A stretch of 64,000 nt of DNA from an uncultured virus (IMG/VR IMGVR_UViG_3300046103_003349) (Duplodnaviria > Heunggongvirae > Uroviricota > Caudoviricetes), in IMG/VR virus record IMGVR_UViG_3300046103_003349; one strand, written 5' to 3'. The translations under genes were made by a program, and so were the position numbers. Below are positions 45,309 to 56,463 of the stretch, one piece after another (the first letter of the stretch is position 1; each line of letters starts with the position of its first letter). The notes under the pieces were generated by a model. The model was not told the origin of the DNA, ran no database searches, and was given only the letters and a program-made list of their open reading frames with translations.

Positions 45309-47474
45309 TTAGTTTTTTAATGCTTCTAATTTTTCTTTAATTTCTTTAATCTCTTGTGATATTATTTCATCTTGCTCAAATTCCTCTAAAACAAGTAACT
45401 CTTCATTTAATTCTTTTATTTTAATATCTTTTTCATCTTCAACAATTATTATTGGTTCTTCAGGATTGTCAAAGTCTATTATTATATCATTATTTTTATC
45501 CTCATCTTTAGCATCATCTTTAGCATCATCTATAACAATATCTTCTCGCTCACCAATCATTTTACCCTCTAATATAAACTTAGGGTATTCTTGCTCTAAA
45601 TCATTCATTATATCATCTACATCCCATACAGGTTTTGGGTTATCTGATGCTGATTTATTTTTATATGTAGTTGTAAATTCTAGTTCGGTCTGATTAGCAA
45701 GTATTTTGCCCGAAACATCTACTTGAACCTTTTCTACTTTTTGTTTAAAAGAAAGTGCAGGTAATACTGCTAATATATTGTTACTATCATTTACTATCAT
45801 AAAGAAAACAAAATCCTCTTTAGAAAAAGATGAATTATCATTATCGCCTAAAATTCTAATATTATCTTCTCCATACATTGAACATATGTACTTGTAGTTT
45901 TGAGAATCAATTGCCCAAACAAATCCATTATTTAGTGTACTTGCTATGTATAACTCATTCCTGTCTAAATCACGAAACATTATCTTATCTCTTGTCAATT
46001 CTCTTTGTTCTCTTGCCTGTTTCATTTTTCTAATGGACAATTTACCACCCGAACCAAAAGGAAGGTATTGAACATAGTCTTTAAAGTCTTGATTTTGTTG
46101 CCAAGCAATTGGGAAAGAATTGACTTGCTCTGCTTTTTGAACTCCCCAATCAGCCCTTTGTCTTGTGTTTAGGTTTATGGCAAAATTTATTTTATCTACA
46201 TCTTTTTTGGTATGATATAATGTTTGACCATTAAAAATAGAATAATATTTATTTTTAGATTTTATAACCTCTTCTTTTATATCATTCATATAATAAGAGA
46301 ATGGTCTAAATTGAGGTAAAATTAATCTTGAATCTTTATTAAACGATATAACCCCTTGTCCAAAAGGTGTTAATTTATAATTAATATCTAATAAGTTTTG
46401 GGACTGCAATTCTTGTAGTATATTGGGTGAATGTTCTACATTTCCTATTCCTTCAATCCAAAATTTCTTTTCCTTAATATTATTCTCTATTTTCTCTTGT
46501 GCATTTTTATCAATGTTAACTTTTTCATAAATTTCTTTACACATTTGCAAAACACATATGCCCTCTAAAGGATTATATAGAGAAAAGTATTTTTTTATAA
46601 GTGAGTTTCTTAAAGCAAGACCTTTATCCTGCTGAACTAAATCTGCTTCTTTCCATAAAAAGTCTTTTTCATATGATGCATTTATATAAGGTGTATTATA
46701 TAAGAAGGAATCATTTAAAATCGTAGGCTCATCATCAACTATATCAAAAGCTGATTCAAACAACTCAGACAATGCGTATAATGTAGATTTATTATCATTA
46801 AGAATATACACATTTAATTCTTGAGAATTTGGTAAAAATATAGTATCATATCTTCTTTTTTCTTCAGAGGTTTGAACAATTACCCTTCCCATTCCTTTTA
46901 ACTTAAACAAAACAAAACTAGAGCCGTATGTAGTATAGTAAAACTTGCATCCTTGACCCAACATAGCAAGAATTTTTTCAAACTTAACTTTATTAAAATC
47001 TGAATATTTAAATGATAATCCTACAAACCTATCTTCTTCATCAAAATCTTCCCTTACTCTTTGAACAACCTCTTCCCCAACCGTTTTAATCTCTTGACTG
47101 ATTTCGGGAGTTATATTTTCTATAACTTTTAAATCTACTCCTTTCATTAATTCTGCAATTTCACTTTCTAATTCTTCTTCTATAAAATCTCTTTCTTCTA
47201 ACGATAAAGATTTTTTTTCAAATAATATTTCTTTGTCAAGTGGTATTTTAAAGGAATATACTTTATTATAGGCATCAATACTTTCAGGTCTTAATAAAAA
47301 GGAATCTAATGTGTCAAGTAGTTGCTCATATTGTTCTTCTGCTTCAGGAGAAACTCCTTTCTTTACTTTTCTTCCAACTTCTTCTATTTCATTAAGCATT
47401 GAATTAAATTCAGGATATACCTTGTATAACTCGTTAAATACTACCGTTGGAAATGTGTCTAAAAACTTTCTCAT
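45309..47474 (-). CDS. Large hypothetical protein (721 aa)
   Basis: Intact ORF between the helicase and polyprotein genes; no motif recognised. Confidence 0.65.
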   Translation of the reverse strand: MRKFLDTFPTVVFNELYKVYPEFNSMLNEIEEVGRKVKKGVSPEAEEQYEQLLDTLDSFLLRPESIDAYNKVYSFKIPLDKEILFEKKSLSLEERDFIEEELESEIAELMKGVDLKVIENITPEISQEIKTVGEEVVQRVREDFDEEDRFVGLSFKYSDFNKVKFEKILAMLGQGCKFYYTTYGSSFVLFKLKGMGRVIVQTSEEKRRYDTIFLPNSQELNVYILNDNKSTLYALSELFESAFDIVDDEPTILNDSFLYNTPYINASYEKDFLWKEADLVQQDKGLALRNSLIKKYFSLYNPLEGICVLQMCKEIYEKVNIDKNAQEKIENNIKEKKFWIEGIGNVEHSPNILQELQSQNLLDINYKLTPFGQGVISFNKDSRLILPQFRPFSYYMNDIKEEVIKSKNKYYSIFNGQTLYHTKKDVDKINFAINLNTRQRADWGVQKAEQVNSFPIAWQQNQDFKDYVQYLPFGSGGKLSIRKMKQAREQRELTRDKIMFRDLDRNELYIASTLNNGFVWAIDSQNYKYICSMYGEDNIRILGDNDNSSFSKEDFVFFMIVNDSNNILAVLPALSFKQKVEKVQVDVSGKILANQTELEFTTTYKNKSASDNPKPVWDVDDIMNDLEQEYPKFILEGKMIGEREDIVIDDAKDDAKDEDKNNDIIIDFDNPEEPIIIVEDEKDIKIKELNEELLVLEEFEQDEIISQEIKEIKEKLEALKN

Positions 47475-47480
47475 TTTATA

Positions 47481-50400
47481 TTATTTTACTCTTATTTTTA
47501 ATAATGACATAGAGTTGTTAAATTTATCAATTAATGTTTCAAGATTATCACCTCTTCTTTTTGATTTAAGTAGTTGGCTTTCTTCTTCTTTAATTCTATT
47601 ATCAATCTTCCACTTTTTCTCGCTACCTAATTCATTACGACCTTCAACAACTTTGTTTTTTGCTTTTGTTATAAGAATATCAATATCGCTAAATGAATAT
47701 GTTTCTCCTTTTTCTTCATTTTTTATTATGTTTTTAACTAAATAACAATAATTAGACATAACTCTTTGATATTCTGTACCTGTTGCAAATTTATTTACTT
47801 CATAAACTATCATTTCGTAACCAAAGACTCTACCTTTTAATTCAAACAATTTGAAATGGTCTAAAATAATTTTTACCATTTGAAAACCTAATTGAGATTC
47901 TGAATTAACAGACCTCAATTCTCTTTTTCTATCTTCAAGTGAATAAGCAGTTAAATCTAAAATGTTATCTATCATACCTCTATCTTTTTTTAGCATTTTC
48001 CTCACACTATCTCCTACTGTATTTACCAATACCATATCCGATTCAGTATTTAATATAATATCAGGATTTACAAATTCAATAAGACCATTTTCAGCTTGTT
48101 GTTCAACTATTTCAATTGCTTGGTCAATAGAAGTAAGGTTTGGCTTATTATTTTCTTTCCAATCCCTTCCTCTTCCTCTGCTTTCTTTTTTGAAATCATA
48201 GATTATTTGAATATCTAATTTATCTTTTTCTCTTTCTGCAATTTTTTTCTTTTCGTCATATTTAACTAAAGAATATAGACTATTCATCAAAACAACATAA
48301 CTATTAAATTCATCTTTTACCTCTCCATACTTAGACTTTATAGATTCTAATTTGCTTTTTTTATCAGAAAAATTAGCTACTTTGCTATTTAACTCATCTA
48401 CTTTATCTTGCCAAGCTAAATCAGTTAATTGGTTTACATCTGTAATTATGTTTCTTATCCTTTCTTTAGCATCTATTGTGTACTGAGTTTTATTCAATTC
48501 ATAAACACCTGCTTCAAGCATTTTTTTAATTTCCCCAATCTTTGTTTGTAGTTTAGAATATACAAATGCATCTATACTATCAATTCCAAGGACATAAACA
48601 ATTCTGACAAATTCCCACATATTTTTTTGTCGCCATATCCTGCCTTCTAATTGCATTGCATTTGATGGAGAAAAATCACTATCTAAAATATAAAGTGTAT
48701 GTGCCCTTTTATTTAAATCTATACCTTCTTTAATAGCCGAAGAACCAATTAATATTTTTATTCTACCATCATTAAACTTATCTCTGATATCTTCTCTCCT
48801 TCCTATTTTTTTATCTTTTTTTGTTTCTTCATCAAGTTCTGTTTTACCAAATTTATCTGTAGCTTTGACTTGACCCGACATCGCACCTGTAATTACTCCT
48901 ATATTTTCTTTTGTTATAGTGCCAACTTTTTCTGTTATGTTATCATAATAAGAAATATTTCTATCTATTATATATGTTTTTATTAATTCGTATAAATTAT
49001 AGTAATGACCTCCATACTTAAAAGCCTTTCCTCTGTTAATATATAGTATTTGACCTCCAACTTCTCTATTATTAATCCCCCCCTCTTTTGAGTCATATTT
49101 AATAGTATTAATAGCACACTCTATTGCATATTTAATCTTTGGGCTATTCTCTACAAAATTCTTAGCAGATTTAGAAATATCATTTGGATATAAAGGATAG
49201 TCTTTTAATAGGTCATTAGGTATCTCTCCTTCGGCATCACATTTTAATAAATAAGGAGAAATTACACACATTTGCCCAAATCCTTGACCAACAATAGCAC
49301 GAGCCATTTTGACTTCAGATTTGCTATTGGCAGTTAAATCCATATCTTTATAATTACTATTATATAAAAGTTCATCCTCTTCGCTATCTAAAATTTCTTC
49401 AGGTGTAAGAATTTCTTTATCAACCAAACTTTGTTTTAAAGCAATTCTTTTGTCTTGGGGATAGGTTAATCGCAAATCAACTAATAATGCTCTTGCCTCA
49501 TATAAAAGTTCTTCCCATTCTAAACTTCCTTCTTCTTCTGTTTTAAAATTTTCATCTTTATTTTTTTTCTTTAATAATCCTGCTTTTGTCAATAAAGAAT
49601 CTACCACCTGAATGGATTCCTTTACCTCATCATTTAAGAAGATTATTTCTTGAGTTTCTTCATCTATTTTAATGGCATCTCCATAGTTTGGACAATATTG
49701 GAAAGGAATATCAATTTTACCCTCTACATATAATGCAATTTTCTTTAATATTTCAGTTTGAATATCACTTAAAGGCACATAGCTTGATACATCTTGTAAT
49801 TGTTTTGCCCATTGTACTGAAGATGTATTTGCTCCTGCCTGATATTCTCCTCCTGTTCCATCTTGAGGTATGTAATATTTTAATGGTCTATCAGCTTCTA
49901 TTATTTTATCCGAAACCTTAAAGTTTGCCATAGCCTTTATAAAGTTAGACATTGCACCTGAGTTATAATAACTTTGTATTTCAGGAAATAATCCAAAGGT
50001 TTGTTTGTGAGTAATCTTAAACCTCCACTCCTCATTAACAAAAGTTACAAAGAAATCCCAAACTGAAGAGATATTGCTTTCCTTCATTTTATCTAAATTG
50101 GTCATACCAAATACTGAAAACATCTGAAAAATATTATCTGTAAAAGGAGTGGCAGACATTAATATAGTATTGTTTACTGCTTTATTTTCTTCTTTAGCCT
50201 GTATTTCAAATATTAAAGCAATTAAATTAGCAGGTTTAGTGCTTAAATTTTTTGCTGATTTAGAGTAATATTTTAGCCTGTAGGAACTATCGGGCTTACT
50301 TCCTGTTTTGGGCTTATTAAAGTTTTCTACATTATGATAAGGTGTTCCTTCTTCAACATTAAGACCTTGTTCTGCACCTGTTAGTTTAAGTCCATCAGGC

Positions 50401-53400
50401 AATTTGTCTAATATTGCAGATGCGTTCATTGTAGGCAATATATGAAATTGTTTATCAATACTTGAACCTCTAATTGAAGGTACATTAGAAAGACTTTGTT
50501 CTCTTGGCTGAGTAATTAAATTATTAAAATTATGTATTTCATCTACACATATACCATCTAAATTTAATTTTTTAAATGATAAAGGAAGATTTGATATTTC
50601 ATCATAAAATCTATTTGTACTTGTATTTACATAACTTTCATCATCTACATTTTGAATATACATTTTTGCCTTAACATTTGCTTCATCATCTGCTCTAAAC
50701 CTACTTATTGCTTCGTGATTACATAATATTATCTTATTAGGCTCTAATACTCTTTTATCGTATTCCCCTAATACATCAATAAGCATACCCTCAATTTGTT
50801 TTAACAAATTTGTTACTTTTCCTGAGTTCTTATTATCTATTGGGTTGAAAAATTTTAAGGCAAGAGTGCTTTCTTTAATTTTTATATCCTTTATTCCTTG
50901 TTGAGAAAGAACACCTTCCCAAGGCAAGTTAAGTTGTGTTTCTCTTGCTTTTATCCTGTCGTATTGGGACTTATTTATTACTCCATCTAATAAAGCATCA
51001 TCTAAATTAGATACCCATCCTTTTTGAGGATAATCATTCTTTCCTAATTTTGGCTCATCCTTTTTAGGCTTAGATTTTTTCCACCAATTTTGTATTGATT
51101 GGGGATATTTAACGATTTTAGATTTGTTTTCTCCTGTGAAATCTGATATTGTATATCTATATCCTGATTGAAATTTTAGGTATTCGCTATTTACTTCATC
51201 ATATATTTTTTGTGCTGATTTATCTATTTTATTTAATATTCCCATTACGGCTTCTTCCGTAGCATCTGCATCTCCATAAAATATTTGAGGAATTTTCATT
51301 GACAAAGCAACCATAAAATTATCATACCAATCATTAAAGTCAGATTCTAATTGTGCTGATGTAAACCTACTTTCGTTTGTATTGCCTCTTTTATCTTCAG
51401 GTAAGAAAGTAGGGGCAAATGCAGGAAGGTTTTTTAATTGGTCTTTTGCCATTTCAACTACCCCCTTATCATCTTCTGTTCTTTTTTTGCCTTTTACCTT
51501 TCCTTTGCCCTTCCATTTCTGTATTATTAATAATTCTTCATCAGTAAAACTTTTGAGTTTATTATCTTTATTAAGTAATAAATTTGAAGATGCATTTCCA
51601 AACTTTATTATATCTATTGCATCAGTTTTATTATCTTTTTTATTTTTTTCAATAACCTGCCAATTAGTTAATAAGCCTAATGTTTTTGTAGTATCTCTTC
51701 CTACTATTTCATCTGCAAATTTTTCATACACTTGATTAGGGGTAAAAACTATAGTTCTTGAACTATCTCCTGTTAAAACCATATGAGAAATCATTGCTAT
51801 TGATGTTGTGGTTTTTCCAAATCCTACCTCGTGAGCCAATAGACCTGAATTTTTATTTGCTATGGCAAATTTCATACCTTCAACCTGTGCATCTCTTAGA
51901 CTGAATAAGAAAGGGCTAGGAAGAGAGCCAAACCACCTTGAGTGTTCACAAAATATTGGGAATTTAGAATAGTTAGCAATAGCCATATTATTATATGTCT
52001 TATTCCATAATTCTTCAATATTTTTTCTGTACTCAGGTGTTAACTGAATTTTACAAAAAGTAGTAAATAAATTGTTTCCCTCTAAAATTATTTGACTTTC
52101 TAATTTTTTATATTTATCATAAATTACACTAAATATTCTTTTCCCTTCCTCCTCTGTAATAGGAGTGAACATTTGTTTTTTTGTAATAGTTTTTTCAGGG
52201 TCATTTGGGTCTTTAATTTTAACTTCTACTGATTTTTTTGGCTTATTATCAACCAATCCTATTTTGATTAAATTTTGCCTACTTTCTTCAGTCAAATTAC
52301 TAAATTGATATTTTTCATTTTTCTTTTTATATATATTTCCTAATGTAAAAGTTTTTTGTTGAGAGCCTAATGTTTCTATAAACTTTAAAGGGCAAGGTGT
52401 ATTCTGCCCTTCATCAGCTATTTTTTCAAATTTAGGCAGTATATGTTTATTTATAAATTTAGCTGATGACATCGGAAATATATATCCATCTACTATATAA
52501 AACTCATTTTGTTTTAAATTAGGACTACTAATAAAATCTACTCCTTGTCCAAATACAATCCACTCATAAAATTTCTTCAAGTGATTATTGGATATTTTTA
52601 AATTGTTTTTCTTTATAAAATCATTGTATTGTGATTTTTTAGAAGAACCACCTAATTCAATATTTTTATATTTTGTATCTATTTCATTTTCTATTGTAGA
52701 AATACGAACTTTTCCATCTCTAAAAATTCCTCTCTCTTTTGCTACTCTACCTACAAATCCTTCTGAATCAGCATAAAATATAGGATTATGAATATTTAAC
52801 ATTAAATTTAAAGAGGGGTTTTTATCTCCAAATGTCAATCTTTCAGGCTTAGATTTTGTTAGAATATAGTTTTGATTATCTACTATTATATTACCCCTCC
52901 TATCTCCATAATACTCAATTATATTATCTTCAAGTTCTTTATTTAATATTTCTATTTTCTTATACACATCTCCCGAAGAATACTCATAACTGTAAGTATA
53001 TTTTTTTTCCGTTACTTGACCTGTTCCTGTAGCTATTGATAATTTTTCTATACATATATATCCTTTATCAAGTAGTATTGGAAATAACTTATCTGAAAAA
53101 ATAAAATAATCAACACCTAAAATTCTTTGAGATAACTTTCTAAAATAAGATGAATTATCTTTTTTACTTCCTCCTTTTGTTACGAAATAAGCCAATACCT
53201 CTTCTATGCTCATCTCTTGATTGTTCATCCAAAATGCTTCTCTAACATCATATATATAGAAGTAATCAGGATTAGACCATTGTTCTTTGCCATCCTTTCC
53301 TTTTATAACCTTTCCTTCACTTGAATCTAATGACCAATTAGGATTAATTTTATTTTTCCATTTTAATACTCCATTTACCTTTACTTGTTCAGCATATGTG

Positions 53401-54941
53401 TAAATAAATGATGCTATGTTGTCAATAAATAATTTATAGAATAAATCGCTTTCTTTTATATCTATTAATTTTGATTGTCTAATTAATGCATCTTGCAATG
53501 CCTCTGACTCATTTATAACATCTTCTGATACAATTATTGGTTTTACATCTTGCTCTTCAAATATCTTTGTTTTTTGAACAATAGATAATGATGGCTTATA
53601 TAATTCTGCATATAATATATATTCGGATTTAGACAACAAACCTGCACTAACACCTTTACAAAACCCATATTGTTCTTTATTTGAATTCACAAAATATGCT
53701 TCATCATTTTTAGGATTAAAATATATGTCAATAGTTTCATCTTTATCATCCATATAAGTTGCACAGGTTAATGCAAAATACAAGTCATTACTACGAAGAT
53801 TTATAAATATTTCATTTATTTTATCAAAATATAATTTAATTGATATAGCCTTAAAACCATTAACACTTTGCTTATATGTTGGCTCTTCTGACCAATATGT
53901 ATCATAAAAATTTCTTGATAAAATATTAAAAGGCTCTATACTATTAAGTATGTCTTTACCTTTGATTCCTGATACTTTTACAAAGTCTTTGTTATTTTCT
54001 AAATCCTTAACAAAATTAGCCTTTTTAGATATTTCTTCTAAATCTTCTGCACTACATCTTTTTTCGGAAGAAACAGGAGATAAAGAAAATTTAGTAGCAT
54101 TTTTGTTTATTGTATCTTTGCTTGTATATCCTCCTGTATAAAATGAAGTATCAACTTCAGTAGAAATTGAAAGAGGTGTGCATATGTAATCTTCAGATAT
54201 TATTACCTCTGTTCTATCATTAACAATATATCCTTCTGCTTTATTTCTTTTGTATTTTATCTTAACACTATTTAAATCTTTATTTATAACTGCATCAAAA
54301 AATTTAGCTGTTTTTTCAATAGTATATTCTTCTAAATTAAGGTTTTTTGGGCATAATTGTTTCAAGATAATTTTAAAACTATCCTCATCAATAGAGCGAT
54401 ATTCTTTTAAGAAATTTATATCACTTGTTGCTATTGAATTAACTATTCCATACGGCAAAGAAACATAATTTATATTATTATAAATTTTATCATACATAGT
54501 AATGCTTTGCGACTGAAAAGAAATATTCATCACCTTATAATTAATAAAATTAACTAATGCATCTACTATATTATTATATACTGCAACTTCTTTACTATAT
54601 AATTTTTCAATAAATTTTTTTACCTCAAGGTCTTTACTTCCCTCAAATGTTAATATTTTATCTTTAAAGTAATTATTTTTATTTTTACCCTTAGTGTCGG
54701 CAGTTAATTTTAACTCTTTCCAAAAAAAAGCATTTACTCCAAAGCTACCATCTACAAGTGATTCTCTACTATACTTTCCTGAACTTATAAAGGGAATACT
54801 ATTTCCATTTATAAAATTAGGGTTTTTAGCAATATATTTAGCTATGATATACATACCTTCATTTTTCAATAAAGTATCGCTATCAATTGTTTCGTTAACC
54901 TGAGTTATCTGTTTTCCTATGTAATCTAATATTTTTGCCAT
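47481..54941 (-). CDS. Giant SNF2/SF2 helicase protein, DarB-like
   Basis: Q motif LRDAQ, Walker A AHEVGFGKT, DEIH, motif III MSATP, motif V KEGIDLN, motif VI QLEGRIWRQ. Confidence 0.85.
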   Translation of the reverse strand: MAKILDYIGKQITQVNETIDSDTLLKNEGMYIIAKYIAKNPNFINGNSIPFISSGKYSRESLVDGSFGVNAFFWKELKLTADTKGKNKNNYFKDKILTFEGSKDLEVKKFIEKLYSKEVAVYNNIVDALVNFINYKVMNISFQSQSITMYDKIYNNINYVSLPYGIVNSIATSDINFLKEYRSIDEDSFKIILKQLCPKNLNLEEYTIEKTAKFFDAVINKDLNSVKIKYKRNKAEGYIVNDRTEVIISEDYICTPLSISTEVDTSFYTGGYTSKDTINKNATKFSLSPVSSEKRCSAEDLEEISKKANFVKDLENNKDFVKVSGIKGKDILNSIEPFNILSRNFYDTYWSEEPTYKQSVNGFKAISIKLYFDKINEIFINLRSNDLYFALTCATYMDDKDETIDIYFNPKNDEAYFVNSNKEQYGFCKGVSAGLLSKSEYILYAELYKPSLSIVQKTKIFEEQDVKPIIVSEDVINESEALQDALIRQSKLIDIKESDLFYKLFIDNIASFIYTYAEQVKVNGVLKWKNKINPNWSLDSSEGKVIKGKDGKEQWSNPDYFYIYDVREAFWMNNQEMSIEEVLAYFVTKGGSKKDNSSYFRKLSQRILGVDYFIFSDKLFPILLDKGYICIEKLSIATGTGQVTEKKYTYSYEYSSGDVYKKIEILNKELEDNIIEYYGDRRGNIIVDNQNYILTKSKPERLTFGDKNPSLNLMLNIHNPIFYADSEGFVGRVAKERGIFRDGKVRISTIENEIDTKYKNIELGGSSKKSQYNDFIKKNNLKISNNHLKKFYEWIVFGQGVDFISSPNLKQNEFYIVDGYIFPMSSAKFINKHILPKFEKIADEGQNTPCPLKFIETLGSQQKTFTLGNIYKKKNEKYQFSNLTEESRQNLIKIGLVDNKPKKSVEVKIKDPNDPEKTITKKQMFTPITEEEGKRIFSVIYDKYKKLESQIILEGNNLFTTFCKIQLTPEYRKNIEELWNKTYNNMAIANYSKFPIFCEHSRWFGSLPSPFLFSLRDAQVEGMKFAIANKNSGLLAHEVGFGKTTTSIAMISHMVLTGDSSRTIVFTPNQVYEKFADEIVGRDTTKTLGLLTNWQVIEKNKKDNKTDAIDIIKFGNASSNLLLNKDNKLKSFTDEELLIIQKWKGKGKVKGKKRTEDDKGVVEMAKDQLKNLPAFAPTFLPEDKRGNTNESRFTSAQLESDFNDWYDNFMVALSMKIPQIFYGDADATEEAVMGILNKIDKSAQKIYDEVNSEYLKFQSGYRYTISDFTGENKSKIVKYPQSIQNWWKKSKPKKDEPKLGKNDYPQKGWVSNLDDALLDGVINKSQYDRIKARETQLNLPWEGVLSQQGIKDIKIKESTLALKFFNPIDNKNSGKVTNLLKQIEGMLIDVLGEYDKRVLEPNKIILCNHEAISRFRADDEANVKAKMYIQNVDDESYVNTSTNRFYDEISNLPLSFKKLNLDGICVDEIHNFNNLITQPREQSLSNVPSIRGSSIDKQFHILPTMNASAILDKLPDGLKLTGAEQGLNVEEGTPYHNVENFNKPKTGSKPDSSYRLKYYSKSAKNLSTKPANLIALIFEIQAKEENKAVNNTILMSATPFTDNIFQMFSVFGMTNLDKMKESNISSVWDFFVTFVNEEWRFKITHKQTFGLFPEIQSYYNSGAMSNFIKAMANFKVSDKIIEADRPLKYYIPQDGTGGEYQAGANTSSVQWAKQLQDVSSYVPLSDIQTEILKKIALYVEGKIDIPFQYCPNYGDAIKIDEETQEIIFLNDEVKESIQVVDSLLTKAGLLKKKNKDENFKTEEEGSLEWEELLYEARALLVDLRLTYPQDKRIALKQSLVDKEILTPEEILDSEEDELLYNSNYKDMDLTANSKSEVKMARAIVGQGFGQMCVISPYLLKCDAEGEIPNDLLKDYPLYPNDISKSAKNFVENSPKIKYAIECAINTIKYDSKEGGINNREVGGQILYINRGKAFKYGGHYYNLYELIKTYIIDRNISYYDNITEKVGTITKENIGVITGAMSGQVKATDKFGKTELDEETKKDKKIGRREDIRDKFNDGRIKILIGSSAIKEGIDLNKRAHTLYILDSDFSPSNAMQLEGRIWRQKNMWEFVRIVYVLGIDSIDAFVYSKLQTKIGEIKKMLEAGVYELNKTQYTIDAKERIRNIITDVNQLTDLAWQDKVDELNSKVANFSDKKSKLESIKSKYGEVKDEFNSYVVLMNSLYSLVKYDEKKKIAEREKDKLDIQIIYDFKKESRGRGRDWKENNKPNLTSIDQAIEIVEQQAENGLIEFVNPDIILNTESDMVLVNTVGDSVRKMLKKDRGMIDNILDLTAYSLEDRKRELRSVNSESQLGFQMVKIILDHFKLFELKGRVFGYEMIVYEVNKFATGTEYQRVMSNYCYLVKNIIKNEEKGETYSFSDIDILITKAKNKVVEGRNELGSEKKWKIDNRIKEEESQLLKSKRRGDNLETLIDKFNNSMSLLKIRVK

Positions 54942-54943
54942 AA

Positions 54944-55186
54944 TTAATCGTTCAATGTTACCTCAATAGAAGAAATCGCATCTCCTATACTATAAACCCC
55001 CATTCCACTATATAAATTATTAATAATTGTTTCTATTAACTCTATTTTACTATTGTCATTTTTTATTTGCATACTTACATTGGGAAATTTCTCTGCATCC
55101 AATACCTTTAAATTGTAAATAATTTTTGAAACAATATCTTTCTTTTGACTAATACTCTTTATACTATATAATTTTGGTAGTTTCAT
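54944..55186 (-). CDS. Hypothetical protein
   Basis: Intact ORF, tightly packed. Confidence 0.55.
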   Translation of the reverse strand: MKLPKLYSIKSISQKKDIVSKIIYNLKVLDAEKFPNVSMQIKNDNSKIELIETIINNLYSGMGVYSIGDAISSIEVTLND

Positions 55187-55187
55187 A

Positions 55188-55445
55188 TTATTTTAAATAT
55201 TCTTTTACTATTTCACCATTATCATTTAATATCCAAAATTTATTATTTCCTGCACTACACAATGGTAATCTTTTTTTAAAGTCTTTATTTAATTCTATAA
55301 TTTTTTTAACTCCTCCTTCAAAACCACCTGCTACTATTTCTTGTTCATTATATGAAACAACATCTTCTTTATCATTCGCTCTTAATAAACCCATAGTTAA
55401 ATTCTCTGTGTTTACTATTCTAAAATTAGGTCCTATATATGCCAT
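55188..55445 (-). CDS. Hypothetical protein
   Basis: Intact ORF, tightly packed. Confidence 0.55.
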   Translation of the reverse strand: MAYIGPNFRIVNTENLTMGLLRANDKEDVVSYNEQEIVAGGFEGGVKKIIELNKDFKKRLPLCSAGNNKFWILNDNGEIVKEYLK

Positions 55446-55456
55446 TTTTTTATTTT

Positions 55457-55759
55457 TTAATTACAATTATTTTTTCCCTTTACCTCTGCTAAAATATCTA
55501 TTGAAGAGTAAATTCTTTCTATCTCTTCTTGGTCATTTGCAAAATTTAACCTGCTATATAAATTATTAATCTCATCATTTAAAAAGCTACAATGGGTTGA
55601 ATCAATTACCACCTTGATTGATGAGGGAACTCCCCTTTCATCAAATTCGTGTGAATAAACAAATTCTCCCGATGGAGTAAATTTATCTATTGTATCTCCT
55701 AAAGGTAGTTCAGGCTCACCCTCTTCATCTCCCGACTGATTAAACCAAAGTTTTTTCAT
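55457..55759 (-). CDS. Soluble protein with MKKLWFNQSG leader
   Basis: Same leader as the structural-block proteins, about 30 kb away. Confidence 0.65.
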   Translation of the reverse strand: MKKLWFNQSGDEEGEPELPLGDTIDKFTPSGEFVYSHEFDERGVPSSIKVVIDSTHCSFLNDEINNLYSRLNFANDQEEIERIYSSIDILAEVKGKNNCN

Positions 55760-55763
55760 ATTA

Positions 55764-56459
55764 TTATTTTTTAAATATTAATGCTTCATAAGATAAATAC
55801 TTTAATTTTTTATCTTTAAATTCTTTTACAATTTTCATACCTGCCAAATTCTCTAAATTTGACTTAGTGAAATCATTGTTAGGAGAATATAATACTACTA
55901 AATATCCATTTTCATTTACAAAATGTGAACCTCTTTTTATGTAATATTCAAGAGGGGACAAATCTCCAATTTTTTTATTATTATCTACTGATTTATAAAA
56001 ACTCATTGCTTCATTTGGCTGAGTAATTACAATATTATATTTTTTTGATGTGTCAGTATTAAGGATTGCAAAATACTGAGATATATCTCTTTCTGCTGAA
56101 AAAAACATTCCTTTATTTTCCCTGTCCTGACATACTAAATCTGTTATTCTTTTACATACATAGTCTAAGTTAAAAGCAGTAATATTACTATTTTCAGGAG
56201 CCATATCTAATATTTTTCCTGCCCCACTATTCGTGTGCATTATACTAACTGTGCTTGGCAGGTTTTTATCTCCAATAGTAGAATAGTTAACTATTTGTTC
56301 TGCAAACCATTTCCATATGTCTTTTATTAAACTATTAGATAAGATAAAATCATCACAACCTGTATATCTTTTATAGTAAGACAAATCATATTCAGAAGCA
56401 TAAAATTCTGAGGGTAATGTCTTAATTATTTTTTCTATATTTAGATTTTCATCTACCAT
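55764..56459 (-). CDS. Adenine-methyltransferase-like protein with degenerate motifs
   Basis: Motif I-like HTNSGAGKIL, motif IV-like NIVITQPN (not NPPY), EYYIKRG..VNENGYLV. Confidence 0.55.
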   Translation of the reverse strand: MVDENLNIEKIIKTLPSEFYASEYDLSYYKRYTGCDDFILSNSLIKDIWKWFAEQIVNYSTIGDKNLPSTVSIMHTNSGAGKILDMAPENSNITAFNLDYVCKRITDLVCQDRENKGMFFSAERDISQYFAILNTDTSKKYNIVITQPNEAMSFYKSVDNNKKIGDLSPLEYYIKRGSHFVNENGYLVVLYSPNNDFTKSNLENLAGMKIVKEFKDKKLKYLSYEALIFKK

Positions 56460-56463
56460 ATCA

